In this document: positions 9,667 through 19,009 of the stretch, piece after piece | How the letters are laid out: each line of letters starts with the position of its first letter | Position numbering within the stretch: the first letter of the stretch is position 1 | Source: an uncultured Clostridia bacterium | GTDB taxonomy: Bacteria; Bacillota; Clostridia; Oscillospirales; CAG-272 | NCBI GenBank assembly: GCA_937894775.1 | Contig: CALAXC010000044.1 | Span: 2,532-66,531 of the forward strand | Length of the DNA: 64,000 bases | Direction: 5' to 3' | Position numbers and translations under genes: made by a program | The notes under the pieces: generated by a model | Databases searched by the model: none | The model's input: only the letters and a program-made list of their open reading frames with translations | What the model was told of the DNA's origin: nothing

Positions 9667-10782
9667 TTATAAAGATATCTTTATCGCGGGAACTACGCCA
9701 AATGCTTTTGTATTTACAAGCTCGTAATTACTTGACCCACCTGTATAATTGACTGTTTTTACGTGGTTGGAATCATCCTTTTCAGGATTACGAAGCCACC
9801 AGATTCCATTACCCTTACCCAAAGAAGTACTCATACACGCTCCGTTTGCTCTCGCATAATCGGTAGTGCTAAGCTTTACAGTAGCATTGTTTTTGAACGC
9901 CTCTTCTTCAGACAAGAGGAATACTTTTTGATCAATTCCGTCTATTGAAACAGACTTTATAAGTTCTTTTTCGATATCTCTGAATGCGGTTGCGAAAAAT
10001 ACACTTGTCAACCACTCGGATATATCACTTTCAGCATAAACGTTAGAAGAAGCATCAAAAGCTTTGTTCACAAGTATACTATCGCAAAATATGATCGCTT
10101 CGCCTGAGTCTTCGGAAAGAATTCTCCATTTGATCGGCTCGACCTTAAAATAGTACGTTTTGCCGTTCTCCACAGCCCCGCCAGTGGAAAATGAATATTC
10201 ATCGTCATACGGAGATGCTACGACCTTTGCATAATAAGCATTATCGCTTCCAAGGTAATATCCACGTGCATCGGCTACAGTTCCGACAATTTCAACAGTA
10301 TCAGCTTTCAAAGTTTGAGGATATTCACCGAAATAAATAATATTTTCTTCGCGTTTATACAGTTTATATTCGGCATCCTCATATCCACATTCGCTGCATA
10401 CCCCGTCTGTCCATTTATGTTCAGCTTCGGCTACTGTAACAGCGCCGCAACAGCTATAGACTTTTTTATGTGTAGTTGCGGTTTTGTTCCATTCGAGAGT
10501 TCCTATATGATTTTCGGAATTCACTTCACCATATGGCGCGGAGCACAACGCACAAACAGCCTTATCCTTACAGGTAGCTGTTCCCCCCGTATGCTGGCAT
10601 TCTTTATTTCCACCTTCTGTTTCTTTTGACGTTTCCGAACCCGTTTCATCTGTTTCAACGGATGATTCTTCGGTAGGGGCTTCAGTTTTTTCATCATCGG
10701 GCAGATCCTGCTTTTTTCCGCAAGAAATTAAAGATATTAATATAAACAAACTTGCCAAAATAATCGCCAAAAATTTTTTCAT
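9667..10782 (-). CDS. secreted lipoprotein with Cys/His-rich segment and C-terminal domain of unknown function
   Basis: Signal peptide plus lipobox (MKKFLAIILASLFILISLISC), an acidic linker, the CxH..C..C..C segment, then FGEYPQ...KWRIL-type repeats. The start was moved to MKKF because GAGGT lies upstream. Confidence 0.6.
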   Translation of the reverse strand: MKKFLAIILASLFILISLISCGKKQDLPDDEKTEAPTEESSVETDETGSETSKETEGGNKECQHTGGTATCKDKAVCALCSAPYGEVNSENHIGTLEWNKTATTHKKVYSCCGAVTVAEAEHKWTDGVCSECGYEDAEYKLYKREENIIYFGEYPQTLKADTVEIVGTVADARGYYLGSDNAYYAKVVASPYDDEYSFSTGGAVENGKTYYFKVEPIKWRILSEDSGEAIIFCDSILVNKAFDASSNVYAESDISEWLTSVFFATAFRDIEKELIKSVSIDGIDQKVFLLSEEEAFKNNATVKLSTTDYARANGACMSTSLGKGNGIWWLRNPEKDDSNHVKTVNYTGGSSNYELVNTKAFGVVPAIKISL

Positions 10783-10812
10783 ACACTTTACCTCAAAACA
10801 AATAATCAATGC

Positions 10813-13458
10813 TTATTTTAATTTTGACAACGCAGCAACTACACCTTCAAGATTTTCACGGTACTTTATAAGCTTAGCCTTTTCCCCGTCAACAACCGCT
10901 GCGGGAGCTTTAGCTACAAATCCTTCATTCGAAAGCTTCTTTTCGATTCGTTCTATTTCCATAAGAAGCTTCTTCTGTTCACCCTCAAGACGTGCTATTT
11001 CTTTTTCGGTATCAACGATATCAGCAAGCGGTAAGAAAACAGTTGAAGAATCGGTAACTATTCTTACAGCATCATCGGCAGAAATAACATCATCAAAGCT
11101 TTCTCCGATCTCGACCTCAGAAGCAGAAGCCAAACGAACGAAGAATATCTCTGTTCCCTTATTAAATGCATCAAAATATTTAGTTGAAATATAAACCTTA
11201 GCTTTGCGGGAAGGAGGAACGTTCATCTCATTCCTTCTTGCTCTGATAGCCTTGATAGTATTGATAACTCTTTGCATCTTCTGAGCGTCATCCTCAAAAA
11301 CAAATGCAGCGTCAAATTTAGGATACTCGGATATCATTATGCTCTCAACGGTATGAGGAAGCGCCTGATAGATCTCTTCGGTTATAAACGGCATAAAAGG
11401 ATGCAAGAGCTTAAGAATTCCCGTAAGAACATAAGCAAGTACGTTTTGAGCTACGGTATTACCATCGCTCTCCTTATCGTTAAGACGAGCCTTGCAAAGC
11501 TCAATATACCAATCGCAGAATACGTCCCAAGTAAAGTCATATATTTCAGAAAGCGCAATTCCAACCTCATACTTATCAAGAGAATCGGTAACAGACTCAG
11601 CAAGCTTGTTAAACTCATTAAGTATCCACTTATCCTCTATTGCAAGTTTTTCGGTTGCGGGAACAGATATCTCCTCAATAGTAAGATTCATTCTTACAAA
11701 CCTCGAAGCATTCCAAAGCTTATTTGCAAAGTTTCTTGCCGCTTCTATCTTTTCGTCGGAAAATCTCATATCGTTTCCGGGACTGTTACCCGTTGCGAGG
11801 GCATAACGAAGAGCATCTGCGCCATACTTGTCAATGATCTCAAGAGGATCTATTCCGTTACCCAACGACTTAGACATTTTTCTTCCCTGCGCATCACGAA
11901 CAAGACCGTGAATAAACACAGTGCTAAAAGGCTCTTTGCCCATATGCTCGAGTCCCGAGAAAATCATTCTCGCAACCCAGAAGAAAATTATATCGTATCC
12001 CGTAACAAGTGCGCTTGTAGGATAATATTTTTCCAATTCTTCGGTCTTTTCAGGCCATCCCATTGTTGAGAAAGGCCAAAGTGCTGAAGAAAACCAAGTA
12101 TCAAGAACGTCATTTTCTTGTCTGAGCTCTCCTCCGCACTTAGAGCATACCGTGAGATCTTCCTTTGAAACCTCCATAGCTCCGCACTTATCACAGTAAA
12201 ACGCGGGTATACGGTGTCCCCACCAAAGCTGTCTGGAAATGCACCAATCGTGTACGTTTTCCATCCAGTTTGTATAAGTCTTTGAGAAACGCTCGGGAAC
12301 AAATTTAACTGTTCCATTCTTTACAACTTCAAGCGCAGGCTTTGCAAGAGGCTCCATCTTTACAAACCATTGATTTGAAGTCATAGGCTCTACTGTCGTC
12401 TTACAACGGTAGCAAGTTCCTACATTATGACTGTGAGGTACAGTTTTGATAAGATAGCCGCCCTCTTCAAGATCTGCAAGAAGGGCTTTACGGCAAGCAT
12501 ATCTATCCATACCCTCATACTTACCTGCATAAGCGTTCATAGTTGCGTCATCGTTCATAACCTTGATCTGCTCAAGATCATGACGCTGACCTACCAAAAA
12601 GTCATTCGGGTCGTGCGCAGGAGTGATCTTTACACATCCTGTACCAAATCCGATCTCTACATACTCGTCGGCAACAACAGGAATCTCTCTTCCAACTATA
12701 GGAAGGATAAGAGTCTTACCGATAAGATGCTTTACCGAGTCATCTTCGGGGTTTACCGCTACAGCAGTATCACCAAACATAGTTTCGGGACGGGTAGTTG
12801 CTATTTCCACAAATCCATCCTCGCCTTTAATAGGATATTTGATATGCCAGAAATATCCCTCCTGCTCAGAATACTCAACCTCTGCATCGGAAAGTGCCGT
12901 GATACAGTGAGGGCACCAGTTTATAATTCGGTTTCCTCTGTAAATAAGCCCTTTATCATATAAATTTACAAAAACCTCGCGTACAGCCTTAGAGCAACCT
13001 TCATCCATAGTAAAGCGTTCTCTTGACCAGTCGCAAGATGCTCCAAGTTTTTTAAGCTGACTGATAATACGGTTTCCGTACTGATTTTTCCAATCCCAAA
13101 CTCTCTCCAAGAACTTCTCTCTTCCAAGATCGTATCGGGTAAGCCCTTCGTTAACTCTGAGCTGCTCCTCCACCTTTATCTGTGTCGCTATGCCTGCGTG
13201 GTCTGTTCCGGGAACCCAGAGTGTATTGAAGCCCTGCATTCTTTTATATCTTACAAGAATATCCTGCAAAGTTTCATCAAGTGCGTGTCCCATATGTAGC
13301 TGTCCCGTTACGTTTGGGGGCGGGATAACTATAGAAAATGCGGGAGCAGGATTTTTTACATCGGGTGTAAAATACCCTTTTTCACACCAATTTTTGTATA
13401 TTCTCTCCTCAAATTCCGACGGAGAATATACCTTTGGCAATTCATTGTAACTATTCAT
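10813..13458 (-). CDS. valS: valine--tRNA ligase
   Basis: HIGH ([14 protein letters not shown]), KMSKS, and a C-terminal coiled coil. Start placed at MNSYNELPK with GGAGG 5 nt upstream. Confidence 0.96.
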   Translation of the reverse strand: MNSYNELPKVYSPSEFEERIYKNWCEKGYFTPDVKNPAPAFSIVIPPPNVTGQLHMGHALDETLQDILVRYKRMQGFNTLWVPGTDHAGIATQIKVEEQLRVNEGLTRYDLGREKFLERVWDWKNQYGNRIISQLKKLGASCDWSRERFTMDEGCSKAVREVFVNLYDKGLIYRGNRIINWCPHCITALSDAEVEYSEQEGYFWHIKYPIKGEDGFVEIATTRPETMFGDTAVAVNPEDDSVKHLIGKTLILPIVGREIPVVADEYVEIGFGTGCVKITPAHDPNDFLVGQRHDLEQIKVMNDDATMNAYAGKYEGMDRYACRKALLADLEEGGYLIKTVPHSHNVGTCYRCKTTVEPMTSNQWFVKMEPLAKPALEVVKNGTVKFVPERFSKTYTNWMENVHDWCISRQLWWGHRIPAFYCDKCGAMEVSKEDLTVCSKCGGELRQENDVLDTWFSSALWPFSTMGWPEKTEELEKYYPTSALVTGYDIIFFWVARMIFSGLEHMGKEPFSTVFIHGLVRDAQGRKMSKSLGNGIDPLEIIDKYGADALRYALATGNSPGNDMRFSDEKIEAARNFANKLWNASRFVRMNLTIEEISVPATEKLAIEDKWILNEFNKLAESVTDSLDKYEVGIALSEIYDFTWDVFCDWYIELCKARLNDKESDGNTVAQNVLAYVLTGILKLLHPFMPFITEEIYQALPHTVESIMISEYPKFDAAFVFEDDAQKMQRVINTIKAIRARRNEMNVPPSRKAKVYISTKYFDAFNKGTEIFFVRLASASEVEIGESFDDVISADDAVRIVTDSSTVFLPLADIVDTEKEIARLEGEQKKLLMEIERIEKKLSNEGFVAKAPAAVVDGEKAKLIKYRENLEGVVAALSKLK

Positions 13459-13494
13459 TTTAACCTCCATATATTTATACAAATTATAAAACCA

Positions 13495-13730
13495 TAAAAT
13501 AAAAAGCTCACGCCCCTATCAGGGCGTGAGCACGCGGTACCACCTGATTTACCGCAAAAAGCGGCATCTCTTAAGCCGTTAACGCCGACGCACGTTGCGT
13601 ACTACTTAAGTTCATACGCACCACTCCAAGACTACTTCAAAAATCGCTCGACACGGATCTTACACCAGCCGCCCGTTCTCTATGCTCTCGCTTTTATCTA
13701 CTACTTCTCTTCACAGTGTTTCTATTTTAA
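13495..13730 (-). promoter_or_regulatory. T-box leader (tRNA-Val sensing) of valS
   Basis: The minus strand reads the T-box motif AATCAGGTGGTACCGCG (13533-13549). It is followed immediately by terminator GCTCACGCCC-6 nt-GGGCGTGAGC-TTTTT (13506-13531). A candidate specifier GAA-GUA-GUC (both Val codons) lies at about 13630-13640. Confidence 0.85.
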
Positions 13731-13737
13731 CACTTTG

Positions 13738-13766
13738 ATTATATCACACCGCAGAAAAAAAGTCAA
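13738..13766 (-). promoter_or_regulatory. SigA-type promoter of the valS leader
   Basis: The minus strand reads TTGACT-17 nt-TATAAT with an extended TG (gTGaTATAAT). Confidence 0.65.
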
Positions 13767-13781
13767 GTGTTCTAAAAAAAT

Positions 13782-13812
13782 AAGTTGCCGTAAAAAATTT
13801 TTACGGCAACTT
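13782..13812 (-). terminator. rho-independent terminator after the 865-aa gene
   Basis: Near-perfect palindrome aagttgccgtaaaaa-t-tttttacggcaactt, with an A/T run on both sides. Confidence 0.75.
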
Positions 13813-13829
13813 TAGATATTAATTTAAGA

Positions 13830-16427
13830 TCAGGAATCTTTTTCTTTGTCAGCCGAAGCATCTTCCTCAGCAGGAGCATCTTCCTCTGCGGGAGCTTCTT
13901 CCTCTGCGGGAGCTTCTTCCTCAGCAGTAGCTTCTTCCTCTGCGGGAGCCTCTACCTCTGCGGGAGCCTCTGCCTCAACGGGAGCTTCTTCCTCTGCAGG
14001 AGCTTCTACCTCTGCGGGAGCCTCTACCTCTGCGGGAACTTCTGCTTCAACGGGAGCTTCTGCTTCAACGGGAGCTTCTGTCTCTTCAGCAACCTTTTCT
14101 GCAGGTTTCTCTGCGACCTCTTCTGCTTTGCGCTTAACTACGCCAATTATCTTTTTAAGGGGATAATTAAGCATTGCAGGGTCGATCTTGTAATTGCCTC
14201 TACAAACCTCAGCCTCACGAACTATACTCCTGTTACTATACTCGTCTCTTGTAGGAACTAAAACTATATCTCCCGCCTTGACCTTATTTCCGTCGGGATC
14301 ATAGTGATATATTTTGTTCTCTCTTTCTTCCCAAAATACATCGATAGCCACTACAGAACCATCATCTATCTCTTCTTCCTCTTCTTCAACAACTTCCTCT
14401 ACAGGCTCTTCAGCTACAGGAGCTTCTACAACCACAGGAATTACGATAGGTGTTGGCTCAGGAGCAGGAGCTTCCTCAACTACAGGAGCTTCCTCGACTA
14501 CAGGAGCTTCCTCGACTACAGGAGCTTCCTCGACTACAGGAGCTTCTACAACCACAGGAATTACGATAGGCGTTGGCTCAGGAGCAGGAGCTTCCTCAAC
14601 CACAGGAGCTTCCTCAGGTTCAGGAGTTTCCTCAACTACAGGAGCTTTTACAACCACAGGAATTACGATGGGCGTTGGCTCAGGAGCAGGAGCTTCCTCA
14701 ACTACAGGAGCTTCCTCAACTACAGGGGGTTCCTCAACTACAGGGGGTTCTTCAACTACAGGCGCTGCCTTTATCGCAGGGGTCGCCTCTTCTGTGATCG
14801 TTTTAATAACCACAGGAACAACAATAGGATTAACACTGACCGGCGCGGGCGCCGGGTCGGGTTCGGGCTCGGGCTCGGGTGCAGGCGCTGCTGCAGGAGC
14901 GGGAGCGGGTGCATATGTAGGAGCGGGAGCGGCAGTATACTGAGGCTGCGCAGGAACATACTGAGGCTGTGCAGGAACATACTGAGGCTGTGCTTGTGCA
15001 TATACAGGGGGAACAACGTAAGGATTAACTATCGGTGTTGCAGCGATAGGTGTTGTAGTAATTATTGTAGGATTAGGGTTACTATTATTGTTATTGTTGT
15101 TATTGTTACTATTATTATTAGCACCCATCATCTGCTGCATAACTACCTGCTGCAAGAACTTCATCTGTTCCTCAACGATAGCATACTTTTCGTTAAGCTC
15201 TGCCTTAATGTTTGCATCTTCTTCTTGCATAGCCTTAAGCTCGAGCCAGAATTCCATCTTTGCCTTGTGCTCTTCTGAGAGGTACTCATTGAAGAACGCA
15301 ATCATTTCTGTCTTTGCTATATATTCTTTATCTTTTCTGTCATTTTCAAGAAGAATTCTCTCTTCTGCCTTAGCAGCCTTTGCAGCAGCTATAGCTTCCT
15401 TCTCTTCTTTTTCCTTCTGGAACTTCTGATCTCTTACAGCATCATTCAATCTATCCAATTCCTTGAGCTCGAATTCGATAAGACCGTTGTTTACGAGAAG
15501 CTCTTTCTGAGTTCCGTTCAACCAAGCAGCCGAGAGGATAAGGTAGATACCTACGAAAATTCCCGAAAGACCGATAGAAAGCGAACCTGCGATAAGGAAT
15601 CCGCCAAGGGTAGCAACGAAAGGTATTAAATCCTTAAGCATATTTATAAGCATACCTACAAACGCAGGAGCTACCATAAGGATTATTCCGAACAAGATAG
15701 TGAAAGCACCTACTACGCAAGAAAGTGAGAACACTTTTTTCTTAACGGGTTTATAAACACCTGTATCAACAGCTTTTGAAAGATTCAAGAATGCCTTCTG
15801 TCTCAACTCGTATACAGCCTTAAAGAGTGACAATACGACTACTACGAGAGAACAAGCCACGATAACGAGTATGGGTGTGATCATATCCAAATAATAGAAG
15901 ATACTTCCCACAACATCATCGTAATAGGGGTTTAACTGACCGTTAGGAAGGGTTTCAGCTTCGGACAACTGAATAGCATTGTAAAGATCTATACCGAGAG
16001 ATCCGAGAACAGCTATTACGCCCGCAACGATAACTGATATAAGGATGATCTTATAGAACACCTTTGTACAAGCATCATAAAGCGATACTCTTCTGAGCGA
16101 CTTTTTAAAGTTAAGCTCGGGTTTCTGTGTGTAGAGCTTATATGCCGATACCATAGAGATTCCCATAAAAATAACGGGAACAAGGCCGAGCAAAATACCT
16201 GCTACGGTAGAAACCATTGCCGCGATCTGTATAACGAGCATTATCGTCAAAAAGATTGCTATAGACAAGAATAAACGTGTGTGCAATCTCTTCTTTACGA
16301 TAGTCTTAGTCGTTTCATACGCCGCGTTGATTTTTTCCTTCTGTGCATTGGCAGCTATCTGCTCTCCACAGGAGGGACACGTGAGCATCCCGTCTTCAAC
16401 GGGAACTGAACACTTTGGACAATTCAT
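13830..16427 (-). CDS. Zn-ribbon, polytopic membrane protein with coiled-coil, poly-Asn, Pro-rich and acidic repeat regions; family unknown
   Basis: 865-aa ORF with GGAGAG RBS. Domain order: CPKC..CPSC; 6-7 hydrophobic helices; a K/E-rich segment; an N-run; QPQYVPA x3; PVVEE/APAPEPTPIVIPVVV repeats; an 80-aa unique module; and an E/A/P/V tail. Confidence 0.8.
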   Translation of the reverse strand: MNCPKCSVPVEDGMLTCPSCGEQIAANAQKEKINAAYETTKTIVKKRLHTRLFLSIAIFLTIMLVIQIAAMVSTVAGILLGLVPVIFMGISMVSAYKLYTQKPELNFKKSLRRVSLYDACTKVFYKIILISVIVAGVIAVLGSLGIDLYNAIQLSEAETLPNGQLNPYYDDVVGSIFYYLDMITPILVIVACSLVVVVLSLFKAVYELRQKAFLNLSKAVDTGVYKPVKKKVFSLSCVVGAFTILFGIILMVAPAFVGMLINMLKDLIPFVATLGGFLIAGSLSIGLSGIFVGIYLILSAAWLNGTQKELLVNNGLIEFELKELDRLNDAVRDQKFQKEKEEKEAIAAAKAAKAEERILLENDRKDKEYIAKTEMIAFFNEYLSEEHKAKMEFWLELKAMQEEDANIKAELNEKYAIVEEQMKFLQQVVMQQMMGANNNSNNNNNNNNSNPNPTIITTTPIAATPIVNPYVVPPVYAQAQPQYVPAQPQYVPAQPQYTAAPAPTYAPAPAPAAAPAPEPEPEPDPAPAPVSVNPIVVPVVIKTITEEATPAIKAAPVVEEPPVVEEPPVVEEAPVVEEAPAPEPTPIVIPVVVKAPVVEETPEPEEAPVVEEAPAPEPTPIVIPVVVEAPVVEEAPVVEEAPVVEEAPVVEEAPAPEPTPIVIPVVVEAPVAEEPVEEVVEEEEEEIDDGSVVAIDVFWEERENKIYHYDPDGNKVKAGDIVLVPTRDEYSNRSIVREAEVCRGNYKIDPAMLNYPLKKIIGVVKRKAEEVAEKPAEKVAEETEAPVEAEAPVEAEVPAEVEAPAEVEAPAEEEAPVEAEAPAEVEAPAEEEATAEEEAPAEEEAPAEEDAPAEEDASADKEKDS
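13845..14100 (-). repeat. in-frame 18-nt-periodic coding repeats (acidic EAPAE/VEAEAP tail)
   Basis: The plus strand shows ctctgcgggagcttcttc-like units repeated about 14 times. Confidence 0.8.
14385..14770 (-). repeat. nested in-frame tandem repeats (18-nt PVVEEA units inside 102-120-nt super-units)
   Basis: Three roughly 66-nt cores start at 14419, 14539 and 14641 (ggagcttctacaaccacaggaattacgatagg.gttggctcaggagcaggagcttcctcaac.aca). They are separated by variable numbers of ggagcttcctcgactaca units. Confidence 0.9.
14937..14995 (-). repeat. 3 x 21-nt in-frame repeat (QPQYVPA)
   Basis: atactgaggctg.gcaggaac occurs at 14937, 14958 and 14979. Confidence 0.85.
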
Positions 16428-16468
16428 AAAACATACTCTCCTTTGTACTATAATTTTATGCTTATTTT

Positions 16469-16497
16469 AGTATACAGCAAAAGCATTTTTTTGTCAA
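16469..16497 (-). promoter_or_regulatory. SigA-type promoter of the 865-aa gene
   Basis: The minus strand reads TTGACA-17 nt-TATACT. Confidence 0.6.
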
Positions 16498-16530
16498 GCA
16501 TTTTCACAAAAAAACTACATTTAACAACAA

Positions 16531-16575
16531 AAGAGGAACGGTATTTAGGCAACATCACCAAATATCGATCCTCTT
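16531..16575 (-). terminator. rho-independent terminator after pcrA
   Basis: Long imperfect hairpin aagaggaacggtatttagg...ccaaatatcgatcctctt with T-rich flanks on both strands. Confidence 0.6.
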
Positions 16576-16600
16576 TTTTTACATTATGCCCATACGGAGT

Positions 16601-19009
16601 TTATAGTTTTTTCATCTTCACATAATTACCCATAATCTTTTTAGTTCCGACGGTATCAAAAACTATCTCATACAAAACGTCATTTCCGACAGCTCTTACT
16701 GAATAAACCTCACCTTCACCGAAAACAGTATGACGAACTCGGTCGCCGACGGTAAACCTTTCGGGCTTCTTCTGTTCGGTAGGTCGGGGCTTTGAAAAAT
16801 TATTTTTCTCTGCATCGGTCTGCTCGGAATAATAAACCCTTGTTCCGTAAAACGGTGCGGAATACTGGCTGTGCTGTCCAAAAGACGGAGTTTCGTCCTT
16901 TATAAGCTCCTGCGGTATCTCTTTGACAAATCTCGAAAGATCGTTCACGCCCGTTTTTCCGTATAACATTCTCATTCTTGTATGTATTATATAAAGTCTG
17001 TCCTTTGCGCGTGTTATCGCTACATATGCAAGACGGCGCTCTTCTTCAAGATCGGTATTTATATCTGCGCTTGATATCACCTGTGAGCTTGGGAAAACGC
17101 CCTCTTCCATACCCGGAAGGAAAACTATTGGAAATTCAAGTCCCTTCGCAGAGTGCATCGTCATCATAACCACCGCATCTGCGCTCTCGTCATACTTATC
17201 GACATCTGCAACCAAAGAATTTTCTTCGAGAAAGCCTACAAGAGTGGGTGAATCTGTGGTTTCTTCATATTCACGTACATTCGAAATAAATTCAGCAACG
17301 TTTTCAAGTCGCTCCTTCTCTTCCTCGCCGCCGTCTATAAGCATCTGTCTGTATCCGCTTCTGTCAACTACGGTATTTACAAATTTTTCGATCGTTATAT
17401 CATCATAAAGCATCGATCGGAATGCAGTAATAAGATCTGCAAAGGCTTTAAGCTTTACCGCCCCCCTTGAAAGCGCCACATAGCTATCTGCATTTTTCAA
17501 AACATCGTATACCGATATCGAATTCTCCTGCGCTATCGCGCAAACAGCCTCTATAGTTTTAGTGCCTATCCCTCTTCGCGGCTCGTTTATTATACGCTTC
17601 ATTCTTTCAACATCGGAAGGATTTATAATAAATTGAAGATAAGCGACCACATCTCTAATTTCTTTTCGATCATTAAAGCGAAGTCCGCCAAGCATTCTGT
17701 AAGGAATACCGCTTTTAGCAAATATACGCTCTATAACGTTTGACTGTGCATTAGCTCGATAAAGTATCGCCACGTCGCAATACTTATATTTTCCCGTTGA
17801 AACAAGCTCGTTGACCTTTTCAACAACATATCTTGCTTCATGATTCTGGTCCTCGCACTTCCGTAAAATTATACGTTCTCCGCCCTTTCGCGCTGTCCAA
17901 AGATTTTTTTCTTTTCTCCGCACGTTATTGGCTATAACCGCATTTGCCGCATCGAGTATTACTCCCGTCGAACGGTAATTTTGTTCAAGCTTTATGACCT
18001 TGGTATTTTTATACTTTTTATCAAAGCCGAGAATGTTATCTATTACCGCACCTCTGAATTTATAAATACTCTGGTTATCGTCACCTACTACCATTATATT
18101 TTTGTGACCGTCGGCAAGCAATGATATTAGCTCGAATTGCGCAAGGTTGGTATCCTGAAATTCATCCACCGAAACATAACGGAATTTATTTTGATAATAT
18201 TCTCTCACCTCAGCATTTTCACGCAAAAGAAATACTGTTTGCATAATTATATCATCAAAATCAAGTGCATTTGCCTGCATAAGATTTTTTTGATATTCGG
18301 CATATATCTTTGCGATATGTTTTTTCCTTATACTGTCTATTGCAAATTCTGTAGCATATTCTTCGGGTGTAATGAGCTTATCCTTTGCTTTGCTTATCTC
18401 GGAAATTACCGTTTTTACCGAGAGGATCTTCTCATCTATATTAATGCTTTTCATTATTGACGAAAGCGCTTTTTTTGTATCGTCTGCATCATATATCGTA
18501 AAATTATCACGGTAGCCGCGAAGTCCCCCGTAGGTGCGGAGTATTCTGACGCATATCGAGTGAAAAGTTCCCGCCCAGATATTTTTTGCAGCATCCTCAT
18601 TGCCAAGAGCTATACCAAGTCTTTTCTTTATTTCATTAGCCGCCTTATTGGTAAAAGTAAACGCGAGCATTTGCCAAGGCGCGCAAGGAGCCGAAGAAAA
18701 CTCGGAAAGTATCGGTAATATATCCTCTCTTTCTGCTCTGAGATAGCTTGAAAGAAGATTTAATTTTTCAATGCTCAGATCGTGCGGAACATACTCACTG
18801 TAATAAGCATTTCCGTATTTAACAATAAACACGATACGGTTTACGAGAACAGTGGTTTTTCCGCTTCCCGCTCCCGCAAGGATCAGAACAGATCCGTTTG
18901 AGGTATATACCGCTTCTCTTTGCTGAGGATTTAAAAAACCGTAATACTTATCAAATAAGCTTCGCTTCAAGTCAAGATACTTCTGCGCAAGCTCTGAATT
19001 ATTTGTCAT
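16601..19009 (-). CDS. pcrA: ATP-dependent DNA helicase PcrA (UvrD family)
   Basis: 802 aa. Walker A AGAGSGKTT, DEFQDTN, helicase motifs III-VI, and a C-terminal FTVGDRVRHTVFGEGEV Tudor-like tail. Confidence 0.93.
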   Translation of the reverse strand: MTNNSELAQKYLDLKRSLFDKYYGFLNPQQREAVYTSNGSVLILAGAGSGKTTVLVNRIVFIVKYGNAYYSEYVPHDLSIEKLNLLSSYLRAEREDILPILSEFSSAPCAPWQMLAFTFTNKAANEIKKRLGIALGNEDAAKNIWAGTFHSICVRILRTYGGLRGYRDNFTIYDADDTKKALSSIMKSINIDEKILSVKTVISEISKAKDKLITPEEYATEFAIDSIRKKHIAKIYAEYQKNLMQANALDFDDIIMQTVFLLRENAEVREYYQNKFRYVSVDEFQDTNLAQFELISLLADGHKNIMVVGDDNQSIYKFRGAVIDNILGFDKKYKNTKVIKLEQNYRSTGVILDAANAVIANNVRRKEKNLWTARKGGERIILRKCEDQNHEARYVVEKVNELVSTGKYKYCDVAILYRANAQSNVIERIFAKSGIPYRMLGGLRFNDRKEIRDVVAYLQFIINPSDVERMKRIINEPRRGIGTKTIEAVCAIAQENSISVYDVLKNADSYVALSRGAVKLKAFADLITAFRSMLYDDITIEKFVNTVVDRSGYRQMLIDGGEEEKERLENVAEFISNVREYEETTDSPTLVGFLEENSLVADVDKYDESADAVVMMTMHSAKGLEFPIVFLPGMEEGVFPSSQVISSADINTDLEEERRLAYVAITRAKDRLYIIHTRMRMLYGKTGVNDLSRFVKEIPQELIKDETPSFGQHSQYSAPFYGTRVYYSEQTDAEKNNFSKPRPTEQKKPERFTVGDRVRHTVFGEGEVYSVRAVGNDVLYEIVFDTVGTKKIMGNYVKMKKL

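Noticed and set aside
14385-14770. Regular short repeats that could be mistaken for a CRISPR array.
   Set aside because: The units are contiguous with no unique spacers, are 18 nt long, and lie in frame inside a long ORF. No cas genes are nearby.
14304-15278. Several long plus-strand ORFs (324, 209, 74 and 113 aa) antisense to the repeat region of the 865-aa gene.
   Set aside because: They mirror the in-frame repeats: Ser/Thr/Gly- or Arg/Ser/Phe/Tyr-rich periodic translations. They lack an RBS and overlap each other in all three frames. Repetitive GC-richer codons simply lack antisense stops.
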